From Macrostomum lignano (Eukaryota), in assembly GCA_002269645.1 (NCBI GenBank), contig NIVC01000173.1, forward strand, positions 1 to 64,000: a stretch of 64,000 bases of DNA, read 5' to 3'. A program made the position numbers and the translations under genes. The notes under the pieces are model-generated. The model worked only from the letters and a program-made list of their open reading frames with translations. It had not been told where the DNA came from and searched no databases. The first letter of the stretch is position 1; each line of letters starts with the position of its first letter. Of the stretch, positions 1 through 12,976 are shown piece after piece.

Positions 1-559
1 TCATTATGCGTGTTTTTTTGTTAATCAAAAACTGGGTGTTGGGGTTGAAGTTGAACACAGGTGCTGTGTTAGGCCATATAAGGCCTATGTGTGTGTATCT
101 AATCAAAATGCTTTTCTAAACACTTTTCCTTATATTATTGTTGCGCTTGTAAATTCTCCTTTAATATTTTGTTGTGCTGGCCTTCATAAACATAAACATA
201 TAATGAGCAGATATCTTTATCCAGAACGCGCCACGTTTGTGTCAGTGGCTCTGTGTGTTGTTTTTTAGAGAATAAATAACACTTTTTTTCTATCAAATAA
301 AACAACAAGCGTAAGATTGAAGACATCCTAGCTCATCATAATGACTTTAATCAGTGTTTGCAGTTTATATTAAACACAATTGTTAGCTAAAAACCCTTGT
401 TTTATTTTTCATAGTTGCTTGATGAGAAAAACCGGAGGTTGCAATTTTTTTCTTGGATTTTCTAGCAGTTTCATTCTGATCTTTTTATAAAATTTATGAA
501 ATTTGTACACAATGGCGCTTACGGGTAGGGTACCATAATAAAAAATTTCACTTTCGATA

Positions 560-1550
560 ATTGGGATCATAGATTACAGATTTGGGATATATAGGAGTGG
601 GGATCACAGATTTGGATATTTAGGAGTGGGGATCACAGATTTTGGGATATTTAGGAGTGGGATCACAGATTTGGGATATTTAGGAGTGGGGATCACAGTT
701 TTGGCTTATTTAGGAGTGGGGGTCACAGATTTGGGATATTTAGGAGTGGGGATCACAGATTTGGCATATTTAGGAGTGGGGGTCACAGATTTGGGATATT
801 TAGGAGTGGGGATCACAGATTTGGGATATTTAGGAGTGGGGATCACAGATTTGGGATATTTAGGAGTGGGGATCACAGATTTGGCATATTTAGGAGTGGG
901 GGTCACAGATTTGGGATATTTAGGAGTGGGGATCACAGATTTGGGATATTTAGGAGTGGGGATCACAGATTTGGGATATTTAGGAGTGGGGTCACAGTTT
1001 TGGGATATTTAGGAGTGGGGATCACAGATTTGGGATATTTAGGAGTGGGGATCACAGATTTGGGATATTTTAGATTGGGGATAACAGTTTTGGCATATTT
1101 AGAAGTGGGGATCACAGATTTGGGATATTTAGGAGTGGGGATCACAGATTTGAGATATTTAGAAGTGGGATCACAGATTTGGATATTTAGGAGTTGGGAT
1201 AACAGATTGGGGATATTTAGGAGTGGGGATCACAGATTTGGGATATTTAAAATGGGAATCACAGATTTGGGATATTTGAGAGTGGGGATCACAGATTTGG
1301 AGTATTTGAGAGTGGGGATCACAGATTTGGGATATTTAGGAGTGGGGATCACAGCTTTGGGATATTTGGGAGTGGTGATCACAGATTTGGGATATTCGAG
1401 GGTGGGGATCACAGATTTGAGATATTTAGGAGTGGGATCACATATTTTGTAGAATAGGGGTGGGGATCACAAATTTGGGATATATGGGAGTGGGGATCAC
1501 AGATTTGGAGAACTGGGAGTGTGGATCACAGATTTGGGAGAATGGGAGTG
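560..1550. repeat. 30-bp minisatellite (GGGATCACAGATTTGGGATATTTAGGAGTG)n
   Basis: Direct tandem repeat of about 30 copies, degenerate at both ends. It produces the LGYLGVGITD and IPTPKYPKSV ORFs. Confidence 0.95.
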
Positions 1551-1794
1551 CAGTGGGAAGTGCTTGGGAGAATCAAATGATGTTAAGGGTTGGAATATAT
1601 TAAGTGGAGATTGAGCGATTGAATGGGAGCAGAGATGGAGGTCGAGTGTTTGAGCAATCGATTCCTTGGATCAACCGATGTCTTTTTAAAGACTCGAAGT
1701 AAATTTAGCTCCAACAGTTAGAAATCTATTAGCTACAGCAGATTGAGCAGAAGTCTAATTTAGATGCTACATGTACACATATTACTCGCAATAG

Positions 1795-4700
1795 TCACAG
1801 CCAGGCGTGAGCCACAGTCAGCATGCCGGCGAAGCAGACGGTGGCAGCGGTGAAGCCGCCGAGAGCCAGGTAGAGCACTCCAGCCGGGCCGACGCTTGGC
1901 GATATCAGCAGGTGGCCGGCCAGTGCTGGCAGCACCGAGACACCCAACTGGCTGCCGATGGTCCAGCTGCAGGCCAGAGGCCCGGTGACATCAAGCCGCT
2001 CCTCCAGCCAGGAGATGCCGCCGGCGTAGATGCTGGCGACGGCTAGGCCGAACGCCGCTGTGCTGGCCGACGTCAGCCAGGCTGGGGCGCCGGCGTCCAG
2101 CGAGAAGTCGCCAGCCAGGAGGCAGAGCGTTGCTAGGGAGATCTGCAGGGAGTTCCAGAGCGAGGATTATGCTAGTAAATATTTTTACATTTTACAGGTA
2201 ATCAAGATGCAGTTAAAAATTGCATATGAGAGCAGAGTATACACGTAGCTTTCTGTAAACACGAATGTGACTCTGAAGGCGATGACATTGTTAAGTGAAC
2301 GATAATATCCAAACGCTCCAATGAGAGTGAAAGACAGTGTCCCTAAGCTTCAGTGAGTGAATGACAGTGTCCCTAAGCTTCAGGGAGTGAATGAGAGTGT
2401 CCCTAAGCTTCAGTGAGTGAATGAGAGTGTCCACTAAGCTTCAGTTAGTGAATGACAGTGTCCCTAAGCTTCAGTGAGTGAATGACAGTGTCCCTAGGCA
2501 TCATGAAGTGAATGAGAGTGTCCCTAAGCTTCAGGGAGTGAATGACAGTGTCCCTAGGCATCATGAAGTGAATGAGAGTGTCCCTAAGCTTCAGTGAGTG
2601 AATGACAGTGTCCCTAAGCTTCAGTGAGTGAATGACAGTGTCCCTAGGCATCATGAAGTGAATGAGAGTGTCCCTAAGCTTCAGGGAGTGAATGACAGTG
2701 TCCCTAAGCTTCAGGGAGTGAATGACAGTGTCCCTAGGCATCATGAAGTGAATGAGAGTGTCCCTAAGCTTTAGGGAGTGAATGACAGTGTCCACTAAGC
2801 TTCAGGGAGTGAATGACAGTCCCTAAGCTTCAGGGAGTGAATGACAGTGTCCCTAGGCATCATGAAGTGAATGACAGTGTCCACTAAGCTTCAGGGAGTG
2901 AATGACAGTGTCCACTAAGCTTCAGGGAGTGAATGACAGTGTCCCTAGGCATCATGAAGTGAATGAGAGTGTCCCTAAGCTTCAGTGAGTGAATGACAGT
3001 GTCCCTAAGCTTCAGTGAGTGAATGACAGTGTCCCTAGGCATCATGAAGTGAATGAGAGTGTCCCTAAGCTTCAGGGAGTGAATGACAGTGTCCACTAAG
3101 CTTCAGGGAGTGAATGACAGTCCCTAAGCTTCAGGGAGTGAATGACAGTCCCTAAGCTTCAGGGAGTGAATGACAGTGTCCCTAGGCATCATGGAGTGAA
3201 TGACAGTCCCTAAGCTTCAGGGAGTGAATGAGAGTTTCCTTAAGCTTCAGGGAGTGAATGACAGTGTCCCTAAGCTTCAGGGAGTGAATGACAGTGTCCC
3301 TAGGCATCATGAAGTGAATGACAGTGTCCACTAAGCTTCAGGGAGTGAATGACAGTGTCCCTAGGCATCATGGAGTGAATGACAGTCCCTAAGCTTCAGG
3401 GAGTGAATGAGAGTTTCCTTAAGCTTCAGGGAGTGAATGAGAGTTTCCTTAAGCTTCAGGAGTGAATGACAGTGTCCCTAGGCATCATGAAGTGAATGAC
3501 AGTGTCCACTAAGCTTCAGGGAGTGAATGACAGTGTCCCTAGGCATCATGGAGTGAATGACAGTCCCTAAGCTTCAGGGAGTGAATGAGAGTTTCCTTAA
3601 GCTTCAGGGAGTGAATGAGAGTTTCCTTAAGCTTCAGGGAGTGAATGACAGTGTCCCTAAGCTTCAGGGAGTGAATGACAGTGTCTCTAGGCATCATGAA
3701 GTGAATGACAGTGTCCACTAAGCTTCAGTGAGTGAATGACAGTGTCCCTAGGCATCATGAAGTGAATGAGAGTGTCCCTAAGCTTCAGGGAGTGAATGAC
3801 AGTGTCCCTAGGCATCATGAAGTGAATGAGAGTGTCCCTAAGCTTCAGTGAGTGAATGACAGTGTCCCTAAGCTTCAGTGAGTGAATGACAGTGTCCCTA
3901 GGCATCATGAAGTGAATGAGAGTGTCCCTAAGCTTCAGGGAGTGAATGACAGTGTCCCTAAGCTTCAGGGAGTGAATGACAGTGTCCCTAGGCATCATGA
4001 AGTGAATGAGAGTGTCCCTAAGCTTTAGGTGAATGACAGTGTCCACTAAGCTTCAGGGAGTGAATGACAGTCCTAAGCTTCAGGGAGTGAATGACAGTGT
4101 CCCTAGGCATCATGAAGTGAATGACAGTGTCCACTAAGCTTCAGGGAGTGAATGACAGTGTCCACTAAGCTTCAGGGAATGAATGACAGTGTCCCTAGGC
4201 ATCATGAAGTGAATGAGAGTGTCCCTAAGCTTCAGTGAGTGAATGACAGTGTCCCTAAGCTTCAGTGAGTGAATGACAGTGTCCCTAGGCATCATGAAGT
4301 GAATGAGAGTGTCCCTAAGCTTCAGGGAGTGAATGACAGTGTCCACTAAGCTTCAGGGAGTGAATGACAGTCCCTAAGCTTCAGGGAGTGAATGACAGTC
4401 CCTAAGCTTCAGGGAGTGAATGACAGTGTCCCTAGGCATCATGGAGTGAATGACAGTCCCTAAGCTTCAGGGAGTGAATGAGAGTTTCCTTAAGCTTCAG
4501 GGAGTGAATGACAGTGTCCCTAAGCTTCAGGGAGTGAATGACAGTGTCCCTAGGCATCATGAAGTGAATGACAGTGTCCACTAAGCTTCAGGGAGTGAAT
4601 GACAGTGTCCCTAGGCATCATGGAGTGAATGACAGTCCCTAAGCTTCAGGGAGTGAATGAGAGTTTCCTTAAGCTTCAGGGAGTGAATGAGAGTTTCCTT

Positions 4701-7700
4701 AAGCTTCAGGGAGTGAATGACAGTGTCCCTAGGCATCATGAAGTGAATGACAGTGTCCACTAAGCTTCAGGGAGTGAATGACAGTGTCCCTAGGCATCAT
4801 GGAGTGAATGACAGTCCCTAAGCTTCAGGGAGTGAATGAGAGTTTCCTTAAGCTTCAGGGAGTGAATGAGAGTTTCCTTAAGCTTCAGGGAGTGAATGAC
4901 AGTGTCCCTAAGCTTCAGGGAGTGAATGACAGTGTCTCTAGGCATCATGAAGTGAATGACAGTGTCCACTAAGCTTCAGGGAGTGAATGACAGTGTCCAC
5001 TAAGCTTCAGGGAGTGAATGACAGTGTCCACTAAGCTTCAGGGAGTGAATGACAGTGTCCACTAAGCTTCAGGGAGTGAATGACAGTGTCCACTAAGCTT
5101 CAGGGAGTGAATGACAGTGTCCCTAAGCATCATGGAGTGAATGACAGTCCCTAAGCTTCAGGGAGTGAATGAGAGTTTCCTTAAGCTTCAGGGAGTGAAT
5201 GACAGTGTCCCTAAGCTTCAGGGAGTGAATGACAGTGTCCACTAAGCTTCAGGGAGTGAATGACAGTGTCCACTAAGCTTCAGGGAGTGAATGACAGTGT
5301 CCCTAGGCATCATGGAGTGAATGACAGTCCCTAAGCTTCAGGGAGTGAATGAGAGTTTCCTTAAGCTTCAGGGAGTGAATGAGGGTGTCTCTAAGCTTCA
5401 GGGAGTGAATGGCGATGGCAAACATGAGTTGATTCAGTGAGTCTAGAACTACAAAGCAATGCCGGTGCCCCCAAGCGCCAGACAGCGGACATAAAAACCA
5501 AGACTCCGACCTGGCAGGCGGCCAGATCCGCCAGCAGCAGAGTCGTAGGCCGCACGCACCGAGCCAGCGCCACGCCAAGGCAGCGGCCGGCCAGAAAGCC
5601 GGCAAAGAAGGCCGCATTCAGCGAAGTCAGGCGCAGCCGGCTGCACACTCCGTAGGCACTGATAAACGACCAAAACACGTTTTCAACTCCGACAAAGCAG
5701 AAATAGAAGGCGACAGTCAGGGCTACCAGGAGGCGACGTCGCCAGAGCGGCAGCGACCCGGGCTTGCTAGCGATACTCGCTGGTAGTAGAACTTCCACTT
5801 CCACGACAGCTACATGTAATTCAGTCTTGATTGTCGCAGGCGGCTGCGGAGTCGCAGGCGGCACAAGTCGGTGTCGACAGGCCAGCAGTGCGAGAAAGCC
5901 CACAGCCGCCAGAGCTTGAGCAGCGTGCACCACAGCGAATGGTGCAAATATTGGTAGGTGCAGAGCCGGCTGCGATCTGCTGACGCTGCTGGCAGTGCTG
6001 GATTGCGTGTAGTTGTTCGTCAGAGAGTCAACTGTTGAGTTAAATACAGCTTCTGGGTCTGATGATGGAGCTTGACAGAGGCTGGGACGAAGACTGTCCA
6101 GGGTTGAGTTAGCTGTGTCTTCGGTGGCGGCAATGTCGACAGGAAACGGTGGGCTTTCCGCCGCTGGCGGTTGCCAGTTGCGAAACTGGTGCAGCAGCGC
6201 CGGGGCGGAGACAGCGCCCAAGGCCACGGCCAGGTGCAGAGACTGCAGCACCGGGCGGGAGTGCTGCGAGCCGAATAGCACGATGACCAGAATGCCGTCG
6301 GCTGCGGGTCGGTCACGTGACATTGGACCTAAGCTGTCAGGAGTTCAGAATTTATGTACTTTTGTCACAACTCTCATACAGGGGTGTACATTGATTCTGA
6401 CTTAGAAAATTTGTAATTGCTTTTGATTGGAGGCAGACCCAATGTTCTTCGTTTGATATGACTTAATTTGAATGACGTGTGTGTAGGCTAAAAATTAATA
6501 TAGAATCCTTATTTTCTAAACGCATTTCATATATCAGTAATATCAATAGAGTATCATTAGAGCTACAAAAAGGCACAACATATCAAAAGATGAACATTGG
6601 GTCTGCCTGCGATCAAAAGCAATTAACAATATTTGCGCTGAAAAATGAAAACCTCCAGTCTCTGTAGTGTGTTTTTTCAGTAAAACCAGCCTCCTAATAT
6701 TTGCGTCAGACATAAACTCTTCCTGTGCTTTGGGGTTGGCCTTGACGAGCGTGAATCGCACCGGCCCTGCCAAATTTCTTGCACAAGCACCGAATAAGTG
6801 TGGACCCTCATGCGAAGAGTCACCCACTGCCGGCATCGATCTGACCCTCCCTGAACTCGAATTCAAAGGCTCTTTGACTTTTTAATGTCATCGGGATTCA
6901 CTGAACTAGTAATCTGCGCCCTACATGACCTTAACCATCCTCACCCTCCTTCACCTTATAGATATCCTCACCATCCCTGAACTTAAATATCCCACCCTCC
7001 CTGACCTTAAATATCCTCACCCTCCCTGACCTTAAATATCCTCACCTTCCCTGACCTTAAATATTCTCACCCTCCCTGACCTTAAATATCCTCACCTTCC
7101 CTGACCTTAAATATCCTCACCCTCCCTGACCTTAAATATCCTTGCCTCCCTGACCTTAATATTCTCACCCTCCCTGACCTTAAATATCCTCACCTTCCCT
7201 GACCTTAAATATTCTCACCTTCCCTGACCTTAAATATCCTCACCCTCCCTGACCTTAAATATTATCACCCTAACTGACCTGAAAATCCTCCGATATAACT
7301 CGCAATTCAAACTTTAACCGAGTTCCATCTCACCAGTCTCAAGCGCGCTCTGGCCAGCGCCCAGTACCCCGGACAGCGTCAGCGATGTCCACAGACTCCG
7401 CGCCATCGGCAACGCCAGCAGAGCGGCAGCGCAGATTAGATTTGCCGCCACTAAGAAGCCCAGCCTCTGCCTGGACTTTGGCAGCCAAGGAATAGCGAAT
7501 CCGGTGACTATAGCGAGTAGGCAAGCGGCGGCCGATTTGACGGTGAACCAGAGACCCATGACGCGGAGACTGGCGCCGACTCGGCTGGCCAGGACCAGCA
7601 GGCAGCCGCCGGGCAGAGCGTTGGCCGCTCCGGTGGCGGCATGGGCGAGCCACATGAACAGCAGCGGCGCCCAGTGCCGGCGCAGCACCGATCGCATCTG

Positions 7701-9229
7701 GTTTTTATTTTAATAAAAATATTTTCGCCAGTCTGTAGGAGTTCGTCTACTGACTAGTAGAATGTAAAGCGTTTGAAGAAAAAAATCTTGCAGTGATTTG
7801 CGCAGTTCTCAGCATATGGATATATTTAATGCTTTACAATGCGATGGGGTGCATCGGGGGCGCAATCATAGGTGGCGCCAGCACCAAGGGGCGCCAGCAC
7901 CGTGCCAGCACCAAGGGGCGCCAGCACCGTGCCAGCACCAAGGGGCGCCAGCACCAAGGCTTTCGCACCAAGGGGCTTTAGCACCAAGGGGCTTTACCAC
8001 CAAGGGGCGCCAGCACCAAGGGGCTTTAGCACCAAGGGGCTTTAGCACCAAGGGGCTTTAGCACCAAGGGGCTTTAGCACCAAGGGGCTTTAGCACCAAG
8101 GGCTTTAGCACCAAGGGGCTTTAGCACCAAGGGGCTTTAGCACCAAGGGGCTTTAGCACCAAGGGGCGCCAGCACCAAGGGGCTTTAGCACCAAGGGGCG
8201 CCAGCACCTTGGGGATTTAGCACCAAGGGGCGCCAGCACCTTGGGGATTTAGCACCAAGGGGCTTTAGCACCAAGGGGCTTTAGCACCAAGGGGCTTTAG
8301 CACCAAGGGGCTTTAGCACCAAGGGGCTTTAGCACCAAGGGGCGCCAGCACCAAGGGGCGCCAGCACCAAGGGGCGCCAGCACCAAGGGGCGCCAGCACC
8401 AAGGGGCGCCAGCACCAAGGGGCGCCAGCACCAAGGGGCGCCAGCACCAAGGGGCGCCAGCACCAAGGGCGCCAGCACCAAGGGGCGCCAGCACCAAGGG
8501 GCGCCAGCACCAAGGGGCGCCAGCACCAAGGGGCGCCAGCACCAAGGGGCGCCAGCACCAAGGGCGCCAGCACCAAGGGGCGCCAGCACCAAGGGGCGCC
8601 AGCACCAAGGGGCGCCAGCACCAAGGGGCGCCAGCACCAAGGGGCGCCAGCACCAAGGGGCGCCAGCACCAATTAAGGGGCGCCAGCACCAATTAAGGGG
8701 CGCCAGCACCAATTAAGGGGCGCCAGCACCAATTAAGGGGCGCCAGCACCAATTAAGGGGCGCCAGCACCAAGGGGCGCCAGCACTTTTGATGGCGCCAG
8801 CACCAAGGGGCTTTAGCCATCAAAAAATTATAATTTTGCCAGACTATGTGGCGGGCCACAGCCCCTCTGCCCCCTGACCACGCCTCTAAAAGTGCGCATG
8901 CATGTACATGTACATTCACTCACGGAAACGGATTTGCCAGGCACTGCAGCGCAACCATTGGAAGCTGCAGCTTCAATACGACTTAGATCAGCGGCAGTCT
9001 CTGGTGGATCAATAGATTTATCCAATAGGCAGTTCTCCCTGATGCTAATCGAATAGTCCTTCTCTTGCTGTTCCGGCTGTTGCACTTCTTCTGTACTGCT
9101 TCTGCTGCTGCTGCTGCTACTAGAAGCCAGCAAGCCATACTCGACTGAATCTGCTGGTTCTGATGAATCTGACAAAGAAATTGTTTTGGCTTTTTGGCTC
9201 GACTGGCTTGTCTGGTAGCTTGCTGTGTT
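1795..9229 (-). CDS. Major facilitator superfamily transporter, MFSD4/NAGLT1 (sodium-dependent glucose transporter)-like, multi-exon
   Basis: Exons on minus: 9229-8924 (phase 0, GTGAGT donor), 7697-7334 (phase 1, GTGAGA), 6301-5511 (CCCGCAG acceptor; weaker GTCGGA donor), 2142-1795 (CTGCAG acceptor, TGA). They total 1809 nt in frame. Family-like motifs: ALETADGILVIVLFGSQHSRPVLQSLHLAVALGAVSAP, FYFCFVGVENVFWSFISAY, FGLAVASIYAGGISWLEERLDVTG. About 12 hydrophobic segments. The start codon is unresolved. Confidence 0.85.
2330..5410. repeat. 30-bp two-variant minisatellite (GTGAATGACAGTGTCCCTAAGCTTCAGGGA / ...TAGGCATCATGAA) filling an MFS intron
   Basis: About 100 tandem units with a higher-order 1250-bp duplication. 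Confidence 0.95.
6930..7290. repeat. 25-bp minisatellite (CCTCCCTGACCTTAAATATCCTCAC)n
   Basis: Direct tandem repeat in an MFS intron. Confidence 0.9.
7865..8820. repeat. 16-bp GC-rich minisatellite (GCACCAAGGGGCGCCA / GCACCAAGGGGCTTTA)n
   Basis: Direct tandem repeat in an MFS intron. Source of the WCWRPLVLAPLGAGAP ORFs. Confidence 0.95.
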
Positions 9230-9269
9230 CTAGATATTGTAGTAACGGAGACAGTTCCGCCTAGTGATT

Positions 9270-9830
9270 ACTGAAACATTCCACCTTAGCAATTGAGACA
9301 TCTTCCCTTAGCAACTGACACATTTCTCCCTTACGATTGAGACATATTTACCTTAGCAACTGAGACATATTTCCCTTAGCAACTGAGACATATTTACCTT
9401 AGCAACTGAGACATTTTTCCTTAGCAACAGAGACATTTTCCAATAGCAACTGAGACATTTTTCCCTTAGCAACTGAGACATTTTCCCTTAGCAACTGAGA
9501 CATATTTACCTTAGCAACTGAGACATTTTTCCTTAGCAACAGAGACATTTTCCAATAGCAACTGAGACATTTTTCCCTTAGCAACTGAGACATTTTCCCT
9601 TAGCAACTGAGACATATTTACCTTAGCAACTGAGACATATTTACCTTAGCAACTGAGACATATTTCCGTTAGCAACAGAGACATTTTTCCCTTAGCAATT
9701 GAGACATATTTCCCTTAGCAACAGAGACATTTTCCCTTAGCAACAGAGACATTTTTTCCCTTAGCAATTGAGACATATTTCCCTTAGCAACTGAGCATTT
9801 TCCCTTAGAAACTGAAACATTTCTTAGCAA
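9270..9830. repeat. 22-24-bp minisatellite (TTAGCAACTGAGACATATTTACC)n
   Basis: Direct tandem repeat. Confidence 0.9.
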
Positions 9831-10659
9831 ATGAAGACATGAACCGAAGCAAATGAAGTTCATTAGCAAATGAACCGAAATATTTTTGCTTTGACAACTT
9901 CCGTAAAAGGAGTTGGAACATGCTGATGCTACAGTAGCTACACCTTCAAATTACATGTACTTCTATAAGAAGCGATATTATACCGATCATATTAAATCAA
10001 TTAGAAATTGAATCTTACCCATTTACAGTGTATGACAGTTCCAACAACAATCTAACCTTCAGCTTGTTGAAGCCAGTATTGTATTATCTAAGCTGTAAGG
10101 CTCTCCCTACATAAATATATACGCATGGCGAGAGCCTGACCTGAAGCAGTTGCACCCTGGCACCCACAGTAAGTTGTTTTTTGCCAGTTTATACTGGTCA
10201 AACCCTGCACTGCCGCCTCCCCAGTCGCCAATTGATGCAAAAAACTGGCAGTCAATGTACACTCTTGCTCTGTGGGGTTGGGGGTGGGGAGTCAATGTAC
10301 ATTGGCTGCTTTAACAAGACTAATAAAACTCTTTGCAAATGTACTTTTTTCTCTCTGCAAATATATACTGCATTAGTGATGCTGCGTACTTTAATGGCAT
10401 GAACTATGGACTTCGGACTTTAAATTGATCATGACAATGATGATAATCTTTTAAAAAATGCGAATAAATAAATTAATCCACTCCTTTGCTTTTTACATTA
10501 GCTTATGTGAAATGCTGTTTATGCAAAGATACTACAGCCAGTTTCAAAAAGATTCGTGTTCCAATTTTAAATATTTTTTAACCCTCGTTTCACCCAAAAA
10601 CAGTTTCATACTCATAAATGCATATCATGCTTTACTTTATTGAATTTTTTGTCTGGTTT

Positions 10660-11820
10660 ACAGTTGGGTGAGTGTCTGATGTACAGTTGGGTGAGTGTCT
10701 GATGTACAGTTGGGTGAGTGTCTGATGTACAGTTGGGTGAGTGTCTGATGTACAGTTGGGTGAGTGTCTGATGTACAGTTGGGTGAGTGTGTCACACCTG
10801 GCTGTTGAGTGTCTGATGTACAGTTGGGTGAGTGTGTCACACCTGGCTGCTGAGTGTCTGATGTACAGTTGGGTGAGTGTCTGATGTACAGTTGGGTGAG
10901 TGTCTGATGTACAGTTGGGTGAGTGTGTCACACCTGGCTGTTGAGTGTCTGATGTACAGTTGGGTAAGTGTGTCACACCTGGCTGTTGAGTGTCTGATGT
11001 ACAGTTGGGTGAGTGTGTCACACCTGGCTGTTGAGTGTCTGATGTACAGTTGGGTGAGTGTGTCACACCTGGCTGTTGAGTGTCTGATGTACAGTTTGGT
11101 GAGTGTGTCACACCTGGCTGTTGAGTGTCTGATGTACAGTTGGGTGAGTGTGTCATGTCTGATGTCCAGTTGGGTGAGTGTGTCACACCTGGCTGTTGAG
11201 TGTCTGATGTACAGTTGGGTGAGTGTGTCACACCTGGCTGTTGAGTGTCTGATGTACAGTTGGGTGAGTGTGTCATGTCTGATGTACAGTTGGGTGAGTG
11301 TGTCACACCTGGCTGTTGAGTGCCTGATGTACAGTTGGGTGAGTGTGTCACACCTGGCTGTTGAGTGTCTGATGTACAGTTTGGTGAGTGTGTCACACCT
11401 GGCTGTTGAGTGTCTGATGTACAGTTGGGTGAGTGTGTCATGTCTGATGTCCAGTTGGGTGAGTGTGTCACACCTGGCTGTTGAGTGTCTGATGTACAGT
11501 TGGGTGAGTGTGTCACACCTGGCTGTTGAGTGTCTGATGTACAGTTGGGTGAGTGTGTCATGTCTGATGTACAGTTGGGTGAGTGTGTCACACCTGGCTG
11601 TTGAGTGCCTGATGTACAGTTGGGTGAGTGTCACACCTGGCTGTTGAGTGCCTGATGTACAGTTGGGTGAGTGTCACACCTGGCTGTTGAGTGCCTGATG
11701 TACAGTTGGGTGAGTGTCACACCTGGCTGTTGAGTGCCTGATGTACAGTTGGGTGAGTGTCACACCTGGCTGTTGAGTGCCTGATGTACAGTTGGGTGAG
11801 TGTCACACCTGGCTGTTGTG
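10660..11820. repeat. 23/45-bp compound minisatellite (GTCTGATGTACAGTTGGGTGAGT[GTGTCACACCTGGCTGTTGAGT])n
   Basis: Direct tandem repeat. Source of the THSPNCTSDTQQPGV ORFs. Confidence 0.95.
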
Positions 11821-12829
11821 TCTGATTTCGGATATCGAGTAAGGTATACAAAGACTGCAATCATGTCGTGTGGCTTAAGAATGATTAAATAACCAACAAT
11901 AGAATGGCACCAAACAGAAACATTGTTTGTACACAAAAACAAAAAACTTTTAACAGAAGAGGCATAGAGCATTGCTGCAACAACCGCCATCGATTTATTT
12001 CGGAGCGCGTCCGAAAAAAACTAAAAGTACATAGAAAGTACACCCTGTACTCTCTGCGTTTCTTTTCAAAGGGCAAAATTATGGCAAATTGATGAATGCA
12101 GTTTCATTAAAGTCAAAACCCAAGTCAAAGAGTCACGTAAAAAAGGTTATTATATATTATCTGGACACCTACCAGACTCCTCAGTATTGATTTCCCTATA
12201 AGTGCTGGTCTCAATAATGCATATTATCAGTGCATAGCGAGTTCCATATCCCAGCGACACCAGGATAAAAGCAAAACCAACTTGAACCACACACACACAC
12301 ACACACACACAAAACTAGAAAACCAATAACATTGTAATAGATAGACATTTGCTACTAAAATACAAAATCAAATTAGCGTGCATGGGAAAGCGATTTAAAC
12401 AAAAAATCTGGATTTACATATCAGCGGTTTGTGTAGCTTACAGTCTGACTATCCACTGTCTATCTGCTTGTAAGGGCAGGTTTGGTTTAGCGTAAATATA
12501 AAAAATAAAAAGTACATATTTCTCTCCGATCCAATACTCAAGTCAAAATTGCGAAAAGCATTCATGAACTTATTGACAGAATTAATCAAACGATTTAACA
12601 ATTAATCACCCACTCCTCTATTTAATATTAGTACGACAAAGAAGTACTTTCGTTCAATAAAATTTAATTTTAATTTAAATTCGCGCTAAAACTACTTGCA
12701 GTTCGTGAAAAACGATTTTGGCGCGAGTTTAAAAATGAAATTAAATTTATCAAATAAATGTACAATAATTTTTTTTGCGTTTAAACCTTCCAAGTACTAC
12801 TAAAAGTAGAAAAACTGGACTCTGCTTAC

Positions 12830-12850
12830 ATGAAACTTTGTTTTATGCAT
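12830..12850 (-). CDS. Candidate first coding micro-exon (MHKTKFH) of the MFS gene
   Basis: The minus strand reads ATG CAT AAA ACA AAG TTT CAT|GTAAGC. Phase 0 matches the phase-0 acceptor at 9229. No transcript evidence. Confidence 0.35.
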
Positions 12851-12976
12851 GACTCCAGTTTTTCACTTAAGGAGTCGTCCTTGAAAATTTGGCGCAAAAA
12901 TTTTTTTTTTGACGCAGCAACTTCGAAAATGAGTCACGCGGTAATAAAATCACCATTATAGAAATCAATAATTCAT

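Noticed and set aside
626-5410. Long repetitive ORFs (LGYLGVGITD, DTVIHSLKLR) as proteins
   Set aside because: They are translations of 30-bp minisatellites, open in several frames and on both strands, and lie in an intron or flank of the MFS gene.
6302-6330. MSRDRP start or TTAG acceptor at ~6328 for the large MFS exon
   Set aside because: The CCCGCAG acceptor at 6302 gives the family-length spacing LETADGILVIVLFG, so it is preferred.
10632-11647. 250-320-aa ORFs (THSPNCTSD..., CLMYSWVSVSHLAVE)
   Set aside because: Minisatellite artefacts with no splice or domain support.
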